NCBI GenBank assembly: GCA_903884815.1
Contig: CAISGE010000002.1
Span: forward strand, 109,955 to 173,954
DNA from: Candidatus Omnitrophota bacterium
GTDB taxonomy: Bacteria; Omnitrophota; Omnitrophia; Omnitrophales; Aquincolibacteriaceae
DNA length: 64,000 nt
Reading direction: 5' to 3'
The notes beneath the pieces are model-generated. The model searched no databases. It saw nothing but the letters and a program-made list of their open reading frames with translations, and was not told the DNA's origin. Shown here one piece after another: positions 27,839 to 35,664 of the stretch. Position 1 is the stretch's first letter, and every line of letters starts with the position of its first letter. A program made the position numbers and the translations under genes.

Positions 27839-28006
27839 ATGAACGGAAGTGATATGACAATGATCGTAACGTATATCGTCGGGAGTCTCCTTGTTTTTCT
27901 CGTTTGCAGAGAAATCGTGTGCTGGTATTTTAAAATGAATGAAGTCACGAAGTTGCTTCGGGAGATCAAGGAATGTTTGAAAAGCCATCCCTCCCTTAAG
28001 TCTTGA
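27839..28006 (+). CDS. 55-aa single-TM peptide (MNGSDMTMIVTYIVGSLLVFLVCREIVCWYFKMNEVTKLLREIKECLKSHPSLKS); hypothetical.
   Basis: A strong RBS AAAAAGGAGGG 7 nt upstream. Below the 60-aa cutoff of the ORF track. Confidence 0.35.
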   Translation: MNGSDMTMIVTYIVGSLLVFLVCREIVCWYFKMNEVTKLLREIKECLKSHPSLKS

Positions 28007-28090
28007 TGGGGGGGGGGAAGAGGCTGCTTCGGGATGCGGGCGTGCATCGTAGTTTATTAAAATGATGAGGCAGCTAAAGGAGAAGGCAAA

Positions 28091-28708
28091 ATGAAGCTAA
28101 AAACAATTTCTATTTTAGGATTGTTACTGGCGCTCAACATGGGCACCGTTTGGGCGGGACAGTATGTTTTTTCCGGGTATGGGAAACGAGTCTTGTTTGG
28201 TTCGATCGACAAATCTCGCATGTGTACCGTGAGCTTCTCTGTGGATGAGACGTTGCCATCGAGTGAAATTGTTGCGACCCTTCGGTTTACGAATACAGGC
28301 AATGCTCCGATGAAAGGCGATCCATTCTTCTCTCAAACAACGCAAATTGTTTCCAAGGATGAGAAGACCTATGAGGTGCCATGGGCGACTGGAATGGTGG
28401 AGTTGAAAGACGGAAGTAAATACGAGATTCCCGGCACAGTGACTCCCGAAAAGGTTGAAGATGTCGTGAAAAATCATCCCGAACTAAGAAAGCCGTCACC
28501 TTTTGAGACATTAGTGGCTCCTCTGGAGGATGACTCGGAGGAGGCTTCTAAAAACAAAGAAGTTCGACTTATTAACCCGGGCGGCATAGCGGAGAAGGTG
28601 CTGTATATCAAAGATCCGCTTATTCGGGCTGTGATAACATCAAATAATGTGAAGAGTGTCATTTTAAATTGCGGCATGGGAAAATTCGTTCTTACCCAAC
28701 AGTCTTAA
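28091..28708 (+). CDS. Secreted hypothetical protein (205 aa).
   Basis: Signal MKLKTISILGLLLALNMGTVWA. RBS AAAGGAGAAGG. Confidence 0.5.
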   Translation: MKLKTISILGLLLALNMGTVWAGQYVFSGYGKRVLFGSIDKSRMCTVSFSVDETLPSSEIVATLRFTNTGNAPMKGDPFFSQTTQIVSKDEKTYEVPWATGMVELKDGSKYEIPGTVTPEKVEDVVKNHPELRKPSPFETLVAPLEDDSEEASKNKEVRLINPGGIAEKVLYIKDPLIRAVITSNNVKSVILNCGMGKFVLTQQS

Positions 28709-28791
28709 AACATGAGATGAAAACGGGCGTTTATCAAGAGGATGCGGCGGATTAAAGGAAGAAATAACAGGAGCCGTTGGGGAAGGACATA

Positions 28792-28920
28792 ATGCGCTAT
28801 GCCATTGGCCTGATAAGTAAGTTGGATGGTCCCACGATAATGTTTCTGGGCATTTTCTCCCTTACTATCATTGTCATTTGCATGGTTGGGATATCTTTTC
28901 CAAAGAAGCGGGGAAAATAG
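28792..28920 (+). CDS. 42-aa hydrophobic peptide; hypothetical.
   Basis: RBS GGGGAAGGA upstream. A single TM. Very short, so the confidence is low. Confidence 0.2.
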   Translation: MRYAIGLISKLDGPTIMFLGIFSLTIIVICMVGISFPKKRGK

Positions 28921-28950
28921 GAGAGGGAGAACCTACGAAGGAGAGGATAT

Positions 28951-29253
28951 ATGCTGTTCGGATGTTTCGTGACCAGAGCTGAGGATCAAAGCGGTGCTAT
29001 GATGCGGATAATTCTGTTGTTATCTGGGATTTTGTTTTTGGCGGGCTGTGCGACATCGACATCCCAAACTGCTTTTGTGGATGCCGGGGGGCATGCGTGC
29101 ACGAAAGCCTTTAAAAAAGTCGCGCCTTTTGGAATTGCGATCAGCGAAAGCGTCGAATGCTCGGAGATTGCTACTTTTGCTCCCGCCGAATCGTCCAAGC
29201 CCTCATCCCCGAGGAAAGCAAAACAAAAGAAACATTGGTTCTGGCCATTTTAG
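28951..29253 (+). CDS. Lipoprotein (100 aa). Its stop is immediately followed, in frame, by a remnant EDKDCEPVLGP*.
   Basis: RBS AGGAGAGGA. Lipobox LFLAGC. The in-frame remnant after the stop matches the 27538 gene's C-terminus. Confidence 0.4.
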   Translation: MLFGCFVTRAEDQSGAMMRIILLLSGILFLAGCATSTSQTAFVDAGGHACTKAFKKVAPFGIAISESVECSEIATFAPAESSKPSSPRKAKQKKHWFWPF

Positions 29254-29340
29254 GAGGACAAGGATTGCGAGCCGGTCCTTGGCCCGTAGGGAAGTCATGA
29301 GAGGCAGAGTCGGGGAGCCGTAGAACCAAGCGAGGGGCGT

Positions 29341-30393
29341 ATGAACGCGATCGCGAAGGACGTTTATCAGAAGCTGGTGCGGGAGATCGGCGAGATCTAT
29401 GAGGGTGCGCGTAGGACCCTGGTCGAGGCCTATTGGAAGATCGGACAGAGGATCGTTCGGGTCGAACAGCAGGGCGCGGTCAAAGCCGTTTACGGTTCCG
29501 GTCTCCTTCAAAAAATCTCCGAAGAGCTTACGCGAAAGTGCGGTCCTGGATTTTCCGAATCGAACCTCCGGCGCATGCGGCAGTTCTACCTGAGTTACCC
29601 AATTCGTGCGGCGCCGCACGAATTGACCTGGACCCAATACTCGGAGCTTCTCCCCGTCGGGAATGCCGCAGTTCGGAAACGGCTTGAAAAGCAGGCCCTG
29701 AGGGAAGGACTTTCTCACAAAGCAATCCGCAAGCTTGTCCAGTCCGAACGCGTTCGCGAAGAAGCTCCTTCCCCCTCCGCAAGTCCCGAGTCCCGAGCGA
29801 CGAGTCCCGATCTTTTAATCCCCCTCCGCGGAAAGCTTCACACGCATCAGATCGCCCTCAAAGGGGGCGCGCTTTATCTCGACCTGGGCTTCCGTATTTA
29901 CCGCCCGCTGACGCCAGACCAAGCTGCGGCGGGGTTCAAAGAAGGCGATATTGTCAACGTGGAACCCCTTCAACCTACGCGGTTGAAAAGGTCGGAGTCT
30001 GGCTCCGGAGCCCTTTATACGTATGAAGCGGCGCTTGACCACATCTATGACGGCGACACGCAGTGGTATTTTATTTTTACGGGGCGCGGAGAAGGGCCGG
30101 GAAATAAAAGTGCCGGCTTTATGAAAAACGACAAGCTCCGGCTCCGCGGGATCGACTGTCCGGAGCTTAAGTACGCGGCGGGGAAGGCGGCGAAGCGCTT
30201 CGTGGTGGAGCTTTTCAGCCGGGCGGTGGGGATGACCGTCACGACGACGAAGCCCGACAAGTACGACCGCTACCTTTCCGATATCTTTCTCCGGATGAAG
30301 GACGGGGCGGAGCTTTTCCTCAATAACGAACTTCTCGCGGCCGGCCACGCCTGCTTGTACAGCGATCCCAAGCCCAAGGATTGGGAAGATTAA
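29341..30393 (+). CDS. Fusion protein with an N-terminal YhcG/DUF1016-like domain and a C-terminal SNase-like nuclease domain (no signal peptide).
   Basis: N-terminus LVEAYWKIGQRIVRVEQQGA...GFSESNLRRMRQFYLSYP is DUF1016_N-like. C-terminus HIYDGDTQWYF...LRLRGIDCPELKY...KYDRYLSDIF is SNase-like. Confidence 0.65.
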   Translation: MNAIAKDVYQKLVREIGEIYEGARRTLVEAYWKIGQRIVRVEQQGAVKAVYGSGLLQKISEELTRKCGPGFSESNLRRMRQFYLSYPIRAAPHELTWTQYSELLPVGNAAVRKRLEKQALREGLSHKAIRKLVQSERVREEAPSPSASPESRATSPDLLIPLRGKLHTHQIALKGGALYLDLGFRIYRPLTPDQAAAGFKEGDIVNVEPLQPTRLKRSESGSGALYTYEAALDHIYDGDTQWYFIFTGRGEGPGNKSAGFMKNDKLRLRGIDCPELKYAAGKAAKRFVVELFSRAVGMTVTTTKPDKYDRYLSDIFLRMKDGAELFLNNELLAAGHACLYSDPKPKDWED

Positions 30394-30435
30394 CGCGGGA
30401 AAAAAGAAAATGGGGTTAGGTCTTGTTTTCTTTGG

Positions 30436-30510
30436 GTCGTAAAGTATCTGGAGCTGTTCGTGAAGCTGGAGAAGGAAGCGAGAGAAAACGAAAGGGGGCT
30501 TTGGAAATGA
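30436..30510 (+). repeat. Orphan SNase 3'-end fragment (encodes VVKYLELFVKLEKEARENERGLWK*) carrying the RBS and start of the downstream gene.
   Basis: About 85% DNA identity to 26285-26356, the 3' end of SNase copy 2. No upstream SNase body. Confidence 0.6.
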
Positions 30511-30971
30511 AAACAGGAGCTGTGGTATTTATTAAAAAAGGAGAACAGAAAAAGAAACTACCCAAGGGTGTGAAAATAATTGGCATTTATCACAAGTGGT
30601 TTGGTGGAATTTTGGGTTTCTTCTCATCGCTTGCATATCTTTTTGAGCTTTTTTTTCCAAATTTTCTTCCTCAGTTTATTGGGAGGATGCCGCAACACGG
30701 GGAGAACATATTTTATGTAAAAATTTACTGTATCCTTAGTCTAATACTTTCACCTATCTGCTATATTTTGGGAAGCCAACTTTTGCAATTCAAGGAAAAA
30801 GGAAGGAAAGGCATTTTATATCTTACCGTTTTTTACATATTTCTTACTCCTTGGCTTAATGTGTTAGCGTATAACATAAAATCACCAAGCAGAATCATTT
30901 TGTCAGTATTGTTGCAGTCGTTGGTCATTTGCTATCTTAGCCGTCCCAACGTCAAAGCCCAGTTCCAATAA
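30507..30971 (+). CDS. Multi-pass membrane protein, paralog family A (C-terminus RPNVKAQFQ).
   Basis: An ATGA overlap with the orphan fragment's stop. The C-terminus is shared with 26704 and 34426. Confidence 0.5.
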   Translation: MKTGAVVFIKKGEQKKKLPKGVKIIGIYHKWFGGILGFFSSLAYLFELFFPNFLPQFIGRMPQHGENIFYVKIYCILSLILSPICYILGSQLLQFKEKGRKGILYLTVFYIFLTPWLNVLAYNIKSPSRIILSVLLQSLVICYLSRPNVKAQFQ

Positions 30972-31029
30972 GGACCCCGAACTACATGGGTACGTGGCGG
31001 GGAGCACGAGAACAGAAAAGGGGGTTGTG

Positions 31030-31674
31030 ATGGAGATGAATGATGCGGAAAAGTTGAAGGGAACTGGCGGGTGGTTGGGGCTATACATTCTCTTGGGATT
31101 TTTGGACCTTATATCGGTTCCGGTTATTTGTTTGTTTCCAACCGTTGAAACTGTTTCGCGTGCAGTTCTGATCATATGTAATGCAATAGCCTGCTTTTTG
31201 CTCATAAAGAAAAATAGTAATGCAGTGAAATGGACACGGCTTTTTCTATGGAGCCAAATGGGCGTGGATGCTGCTTTTTTCCTTTTCCATGCGCCTGATT
31301 TTTTATGGACATGGTCTTCCGGCAGGAATTACTACGAAGCTTTTTTTGCAATTAGAGGAACCCTGGGGGGTATTTTTTCGGCATGGATCTGGTTATCATA
31401 TTTTGAAAAATCAGAACGAGTAAAATTGAACTTTCCCGACTCTTTGCTCCCCGCACCCAGTAACCAATCGGTACGATTATGGAATTGGGTGGGTGTGATT
31501 GTGATATTAATTTACCTCCCACTCACAGTTTATGGGCAGGTATTAAAGGCCCAAATAAAACCGATCATAAGGGAATCTATAAAAAAAGGCGGGACATCTG
31601 TGGGCAGCCTGCTGAGAAATCCATTGGCATTACAGAAAGAGGCTCTCCGGAAATTGTGGGAATCGAAACATTGA
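31030..31674 (+). CDS. Multi-pass membrane protein (215 aa), possibly DUF2569-like.
   Basis: N-terminal GTGGWLGLYILLGF and 5-6 hydrophobic helices. Preceded by a conserved spacer GGACCCCGAAC...GAACAGAAAAGGGGGTTGTG. Confidence 0.45.
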   Translation: MEMNDAEKLKGTGGWLGLYILLGFLDLISVPVICLFPTVETVSRAVLIICNAIACFLLIKKNSNAVKWTRLFLWSQMGVDAAFFLFHAPDFLWTWSSGRNYYEAFFAIRGTLGGIFSAWIWLSYFEKSERVKLNFPDSLLPAPSNQSVRLWNWVGVIVILIYLPLTVYGQVLKAQIKPIIRESIKKGGTSVGSLLRNPLALQKEALRKLWESKH

Positions 31675-31681
31675 GAAAACT

Positions 31682-31861
31682 ATGACCGAAGACCCCAGCA
31701 AGAATAAACCCACCAATCTCGACATCCCCGGATCTGAGCCGGAAGCGAATTCTGAGGCGAAGGTCACTTTGCTGAAGCGCGGACTTTTGATCCTGATCTT
31801 TTTCGGCATAGGCATGCTCATCGCGACCGCCTGGTATATGACGAAGCGGTATTGGCGTTGA
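31682..31861 (+). CDS. 59-aa peptide with an acidic N-terminus and a C-terminal TM (…LLKRGLLILIFFGIGMLIATAWYMTKRYWR).
   Basis: Intact ORF. A frameshifted copy lies at 35486-35664. Confidence 0.35.
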   Translation: MTEDPSKNKPTNLDIPGSEPEANSEAKVTLLKRGLLILIFFGIGMLIATAWYMTKRYWR

Positions 31862-31927
31862 AAATGCAAGCACGGGGACAGACAAGGGGATTGTGGAAAT
31901 GAAGCTATTTTTCAAAAGGAGAATGAC

Positions 31928-32989
31928 TTGAGTCATTCCTGCCGCGCCATTTCTTTTTTGCCGATCACCGCTGTTCTTGAAATGACTTATCGGTGTAATC
32001 ACCAGTGCCAGTTCTGTTCCTGTCCTTGGATGACGGAGGAGCATGTCTCCATGAAGGGGAAAGAGCTTTCCACGGTTCAATGGAAGGCCGTTCTTGATCT
32101 TTTGGCGCGGCAGGGCGTTCACCAAATCTGTTTTACGGGCGGTGAAGCGCTATTACGCCCCGATCTTCCCGAGATCATGGCTTACGCTTCACGGCTGAAG
32201 GTTAAAGTGATCAAGGATAAAGACGGTCAACTGGCGGAACACATAGCGTCCCCCAAACTATACCTTTTATCGAATGGTGCGTTGGTCGACGATGCTATTC
32301 TCGACCTCTGCAAGAGAGATGACATCCAGCTGAGCATCAGCATGCCCGGGCTGCGCACTTTTGCCGAATTGACCGGCGGGGGTGACGTGAACAAAATACT
32401 GCGTATCTTCGAGAAAGCCCGGGAGCGCGGCCTTTCAACGGTGGTGGGCATCACTGTGACAAAGAAGAATCTTTTCGAACTCTACGAAACGATTTCAGCG
32501 GCCTTTCTTGCGGGGGCGACCCAGCTTTTATTAAATCGATTTCTTGAAGGCGGTCGCGGGCGCCGCTACGCCCGGGAACTTGCTTTAAGCCGCGCAGAAT
32601 TGATCGAAATGCTCGATGTCGCGGAACAAGCGCTTCATGATGCGGGCCGTTATGGCTCGGTGGGGACCGAGCTGCCGCTGTGCTTGTTCACCTCTGGTAA
32701 ATATAAGAGATTAGAGGTTTCAACGGGATGTTCTGCGGCCAAGGGTTTTTTTGTGATCGGTCCATCGGGAAAAGTGAGGGTTTGCAATCATTCGCCGGTG
32801 GAGCTGGCGCACTATTCGGAGATCGAAACCTTGAAAATGGATCCGTATTGGATGAAATTCGCCCGGAGTGATTACTTACCCGCCATGTGTGCGGGGTGTG
32901 AGGATGCCGGTCGTTGTGCCGGTGGATGCCGGGAAGCCGCGCATATTGTCGCGGGCGCGATCAACGCGCCGGACGCTCTGCTCATTTAA
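31928..32989 (+). CDS. Radical SAM/SPASM-domain enzyme (peptide or protein-modifying maturase, or anSME-like), copy 2.
   Basis: CNHQCQFC radical SAM motif and a full SPASM motif CAGCEDAGRCAGGC (CX2CX5CX3C), plus further upstream Cys. TTG start. Confidence 0.8.
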   Translation: MSHSCRAISFLPITAVLEMTYRCNHQCQFCSCPWMTEEHVSMKGKELSTVQWKAVLDLLARQGVHQICFTGGEALLRPDLPEIMAYASRLKVKVIKDKDGQLAEHIASPKLYLLSNGALVDDAILDLCKRDDIQLSISMPGLRTFAELTGGGDVNKILRIFEKARERGLSTVVGITVTKKNLFELYETISAAFLAGATQLLLNRFLEGGRGRRYARELALSRAELIEMLDVAEQALHDAGRYGSVGTELPLCLFTSGKYKRLEVSTGCSAAKGFFVIGPSGKVRVCNHSPVELAHYSEIETLKMDPYWMKFARSDYLPAMCAGCEDAGRCAGGCREAAHIVAGAINAPDALLI

Positions 32990-33003
32990 AGAAAGGAGAC
33001 AGG

Positions 33004-33645
33004 ATGCTTTTTATTCAAATCGCTTTGGTCACGATGCTTCTTCTTGGGCTCACGGTTTTATCCGCTTGCACAAAGCAGGCAAATCAATCAGATGCCAAGA
33101 GTAAGCAGGCGGTTACGTCCGAGCAAATCCAAGCCATGTCGCGTGAGGATATACAAAGAGCCTTGAAAAGGATCGAATCGAGTCATACGCCAACGTCGCA
33201 AAAGATGGGCGCGATGTGTTATGAACCAGTAGCTCCCGCATCTGGATACTTCGAATATGTTTGCCCCGTTGACGGCGATAAAACAGTTTTTTCGCTAAAA
33301 TCCAATGCATTTGATCAGGCAACCCATTTGCAGGAGCTTAGAGGCTCGGTCGAAAGATTGCGTCCGCTTGCTAAGGGGATCGCCCTATCACTTGATGAAG
33401 GCAGGCTTTGCGCCAAGTGTCATCCGGCGCTTCCTGATGCGGAAAGATTTGTTTCCCTGGTTCTTCAATATGCCGATGGAAGAACGGTCCGTACGGATCG
33501 GGTGACTCCTGAGGACCTCAAATATCTGACGGGGTTCTTTTCCGGCGGATTAAGCTATTTATCTCAAGGTCCGGATCAGGAGCCCCTGAAGCCTAAAGTG
33601 GCTCGCCTCAAGGAGCTGTTGGGTGAGAAAGGAGTAGGCACATGA
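33004..33645 (+). CDS. Lipoprotein (213 aa) with 4 Cys, including a CAKCH (CXXCH) motif.
   Basis: RBS AAAGGAGA. Lipobox LTVLSAC. Paralogous to 33642-34262. Confidence 0.5.
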   Translation: MLFIQIALVTMLLLGLTVLSACTKQANQSDAKSKQAVTSEQIQAMSREDIQRALKRIESSHTPTSQKMGAMCYEPVAPASGYFEYVCPVDGDKTVFSLKSNAFDQATHLQELRGSVERLRPLAKGIALSLDEGRLCAKCHPALPDAERFVSLVLQYADGRTVRTDRVTPEDLKYLTGFFSGGLSYLSQGPDQEPLKPKVARLKELLGEKGVGT

Positions 33646-34262
33646 TGTTCTTGCAAATTGTTTTTGTCGTGATGCTTGTTCTGGGGCTCACGGTTTTATC
33701 GGCTCGTGCGCAGCAGGCGGATCCGCCCGACACCAAGAGTAAGCAGGCGGTGACTTCCGAGAAAATCCAAGCCATGTCGCGTGAGGATATACAAAAAGCC
33801 TTGAAAAGGATCGAGTCGAGTAATCCGCCGGCGAAGAAGATGGGCGCGATGTGTTATAAAATGGGTGAAACACCTGAAAACTTTGAATATGTTTGCCCCG
33901 TTGACGGGGAGAAAACCGTCTATTCACGAGCCCAAGCATCTAAACAGGCAGTAGATTTGCAGGGGCTCAGAAGTTCGATCGAAAAATTGCGCCCGTTTGC
34001 AAAGGGGATCTCCCTATCGCTCGATGAGAGCAAACTCTGCGCCAAGTGTAATCCGGCACTCCCCGATGCGGAAAGATACGTTTCCCTTGTCCTTCAATAT
34101 GCCGACGGGAGAACGGTCCGCACAGACAGGGTGACTCCCGAAGATCTGCGTTATTTGACAGGGTTCTTTTCTGGAGGATTAAGCTATGAAACTTTTAATG
34201 AGGGGCAGGACCCCCTCAAGCCTGTTGAAGGTCGGTTGAAACAGCTTTTGGGGGAGCAGTAA
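33642..34262 (+). CDS. Secreted paralog of the 33004 lipoprotein (CAKCN in place of CAKCH).
   Basis: An ATGA overlap. Long stretches of near-identical DNA with the upstream paralog. Confidence 0.5.
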   Translation: MMFLQIVFVVMLVLGLTVLSARAQQADPPDTKSKQAVTSEKIQAMSREDIQKALKRIESSNPPAKKMGAMCYKMGETPENFEYVCPVDGEKTVYSRAQASKQAVDLQGLRSSIEKLRPFAKGISLSLDESKLCAKCNPALPDAERYVSLVLQYADGRTVRTDRVTPEDLRYLTGFFSGGLSYETFNEGQDPLKPVEGRLKQLLGEQ

Positions 34263-34353
34263 TTCCGCCTTCATAAAATGTCCGCTGTTTTTGGGAAGGT
34301 CCGTATGCGGAAGAGCGGGAACGGAAAAGAAGGCTAGTGCCTGTTTTCTAAGG

Positions 34354-34428
34354 GTCGTAAAGTATCTGGAGCTGTTTCGTGAAGCTGGAGAAGGAAGCGA
34401 GAGAAAATAAAAGGGGGTTGTGGAGATG
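34354..34428 (+). repeat. Second orphan SNase 3'-end fragment (frameshifted) carrying the start of the downstream gene.
   Basis: Near-identical to 30436-30510 apart from a 1-nt insertion (gctgtttcgtg versus gctgttcgtg). Confidence 0.6.
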
Positions 34429-34911
34429 AGAAAAATATCAGCAGGATTGAGGGGGACAGGATGGCTGTTGGTATTATATGGATTGATTTCTTTTTGCGGG
34501 CTTGCGGTTAGCTTCTTTTTAGGTGCTCTCCTTAGTATACGCCAAGCACCAATGTCGGAGTCACAATACCGTACATCTGTGGACCTTGTTACGAGTGTTT
34601 TTATGCCTCTTCCGAATAAATTTGTCGCAATAGGAATGCTTATAGGTGGGATAGGGGTATTAAGGCTAAAGTCATGGGGAAGATGGCTTGTGGTAGGAGC
34701 TATCCTTACCGATTTTATTCAAAAATCATTCTGGATGTACGCCTCTTCACGATTCAACCTAGATTTTATTTTTCAAACCGAATTGACTGTTTTTGTATTT
34801 TATTCTTCTCTTTTCTTGGAGTTGCTGGTTCTTTTGTATTTTATGCGCCCCAATGTAAAGATACAGTTCAAACAAGGAACCACGGGAACAGAAAAGGGGG
34901 TTGTGGTGTGA
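34426..34911 (+). CDS. Multi-pass membrane protein, paralog family A (…RPNVKIQFK then GTTGTEKGVVV encoded by the junction element).
   Basis: N-terminal GTGWLLVLYG. The C-terminal family motif. Its 3' end runs through the GGGAACAGAAAAGGGGGTTGTGG element. Confidence 0.5.
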   Translation: MRKISAGLRGTGWLLVLYGLISFCGLAVSFFLGALLSIRQAPMSESQYRTSVDLVTSVFMPLPNKFVAIGMLIGGIGVLRLKSWGRWLVVGAILTDFIQKSFWMYASSRFNLDFIFQTELTVFVFYSSLFLELLVLLYFMRPNVKIQFKQGTTGTEKGVVV

Positions 34912-35489
34912 ATGCTAAGGTTAGAGCTTTCATTGGCGGGGCACTCGGAGTTGTCGTAATTTTCATAATAACATTCAGTTCTATTGGATACGGGGAGGAA
35001 ACAAAAAGGGCGTACTATGCGAATGGGAAGTTGCAGGGCGAGATGATTTATAAGAACGAAAGTAATGAGTCTCTGTCTAAGGAATATTACGAAAGCGGGG
35101 AATTACAAGGCGAGACGCTTTTCAAGAACGGAATGCTTGAAGGGCCGTATAAACTTTATTACAGAAACGGACATGTGCGGGAAGATGGATCTTATAAAAA
35201 TGGCTATCGTGAAGGGCCGTATAAAGAATATTACGAAAGCGGGCAATTGAAAGAGGCGAAAGCTTATGTGAATGGAAAACCAGAGGGGCCGAGTGAAGAG
35301 TATTACCCGAGCGGGCAATTGCATGTCGAGAGAAATTTCAAGAACGGAATGCAAGAGGGACTGATGAAGTCTTATTACGAAAGCGGGCAATTGCAATCCG
35401 AGGTATCTTACGAGAAGGGAGAGCCTGGCGAGGGAACGATAAAGCTCTATGGTCTAGACGGAAAATTAATGTCCGTGAGAAAACCATGA
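34908..35489 (+). CDS. YwqK/MORN-variant repeat protein with an N-terminal TM anchor.
   Basis: GTG start overlapping the upstream stop. About 8 repeats of the form Y(K/E)NG.(L/R)EGPYKEYYESGQL. Confidence 0.55.
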   Translation: MNAKVRAFIGGALGVVVIFIITFSSIGYGEETKRAYYANGKLQGEMIYKNESNESLSKEYYESGELQGETLFKNGMLEGPYKLYYRNGHVREDGSYKNGYREGPYKEYYESGQLKEAKAYVNGKPEGPSEEYYPSGQLHVERNFKNGMQEGLMKSYYESGQLQSEVSYEKGEPGEGTIKLYGLDGKLMSVRKP

Positions 35490-35664
35490 CTCCAGACCCT
35501 ATCAAAAAGCAACTCTCCGACCCCGCGATCCCAGGATCTGAGACGGAAGCGAATTCTGAGGCGAAGGTCACTCTGCTGAAAGCGGACTTTCGATCCTGAT
35601 CTTCCTCGGCATAGGTATGTTGATTGCAACTGCCTGGTTGATGGCGAAACGGTATTGGCGTTGA
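35486..35664 (+). pseudogene. Frameshifted copy of the 59-aa peptide gene (31682-31861).
   Basis: About 85% DNA identity to 31712-31861, with a 1-nt deletion producing a premature stop (…KVTLLKADFRS*). Confidence 0.4.

Noticed and set aside
31900-31932. 10-codon uORF (MKLFFKRRMT) before rSAM/SPASM-2, considered as a RiPP precursor
   Set aside because: It is too short and has no Cys, Ser or Thr core. It is kept only as a remote candidate in the findings.
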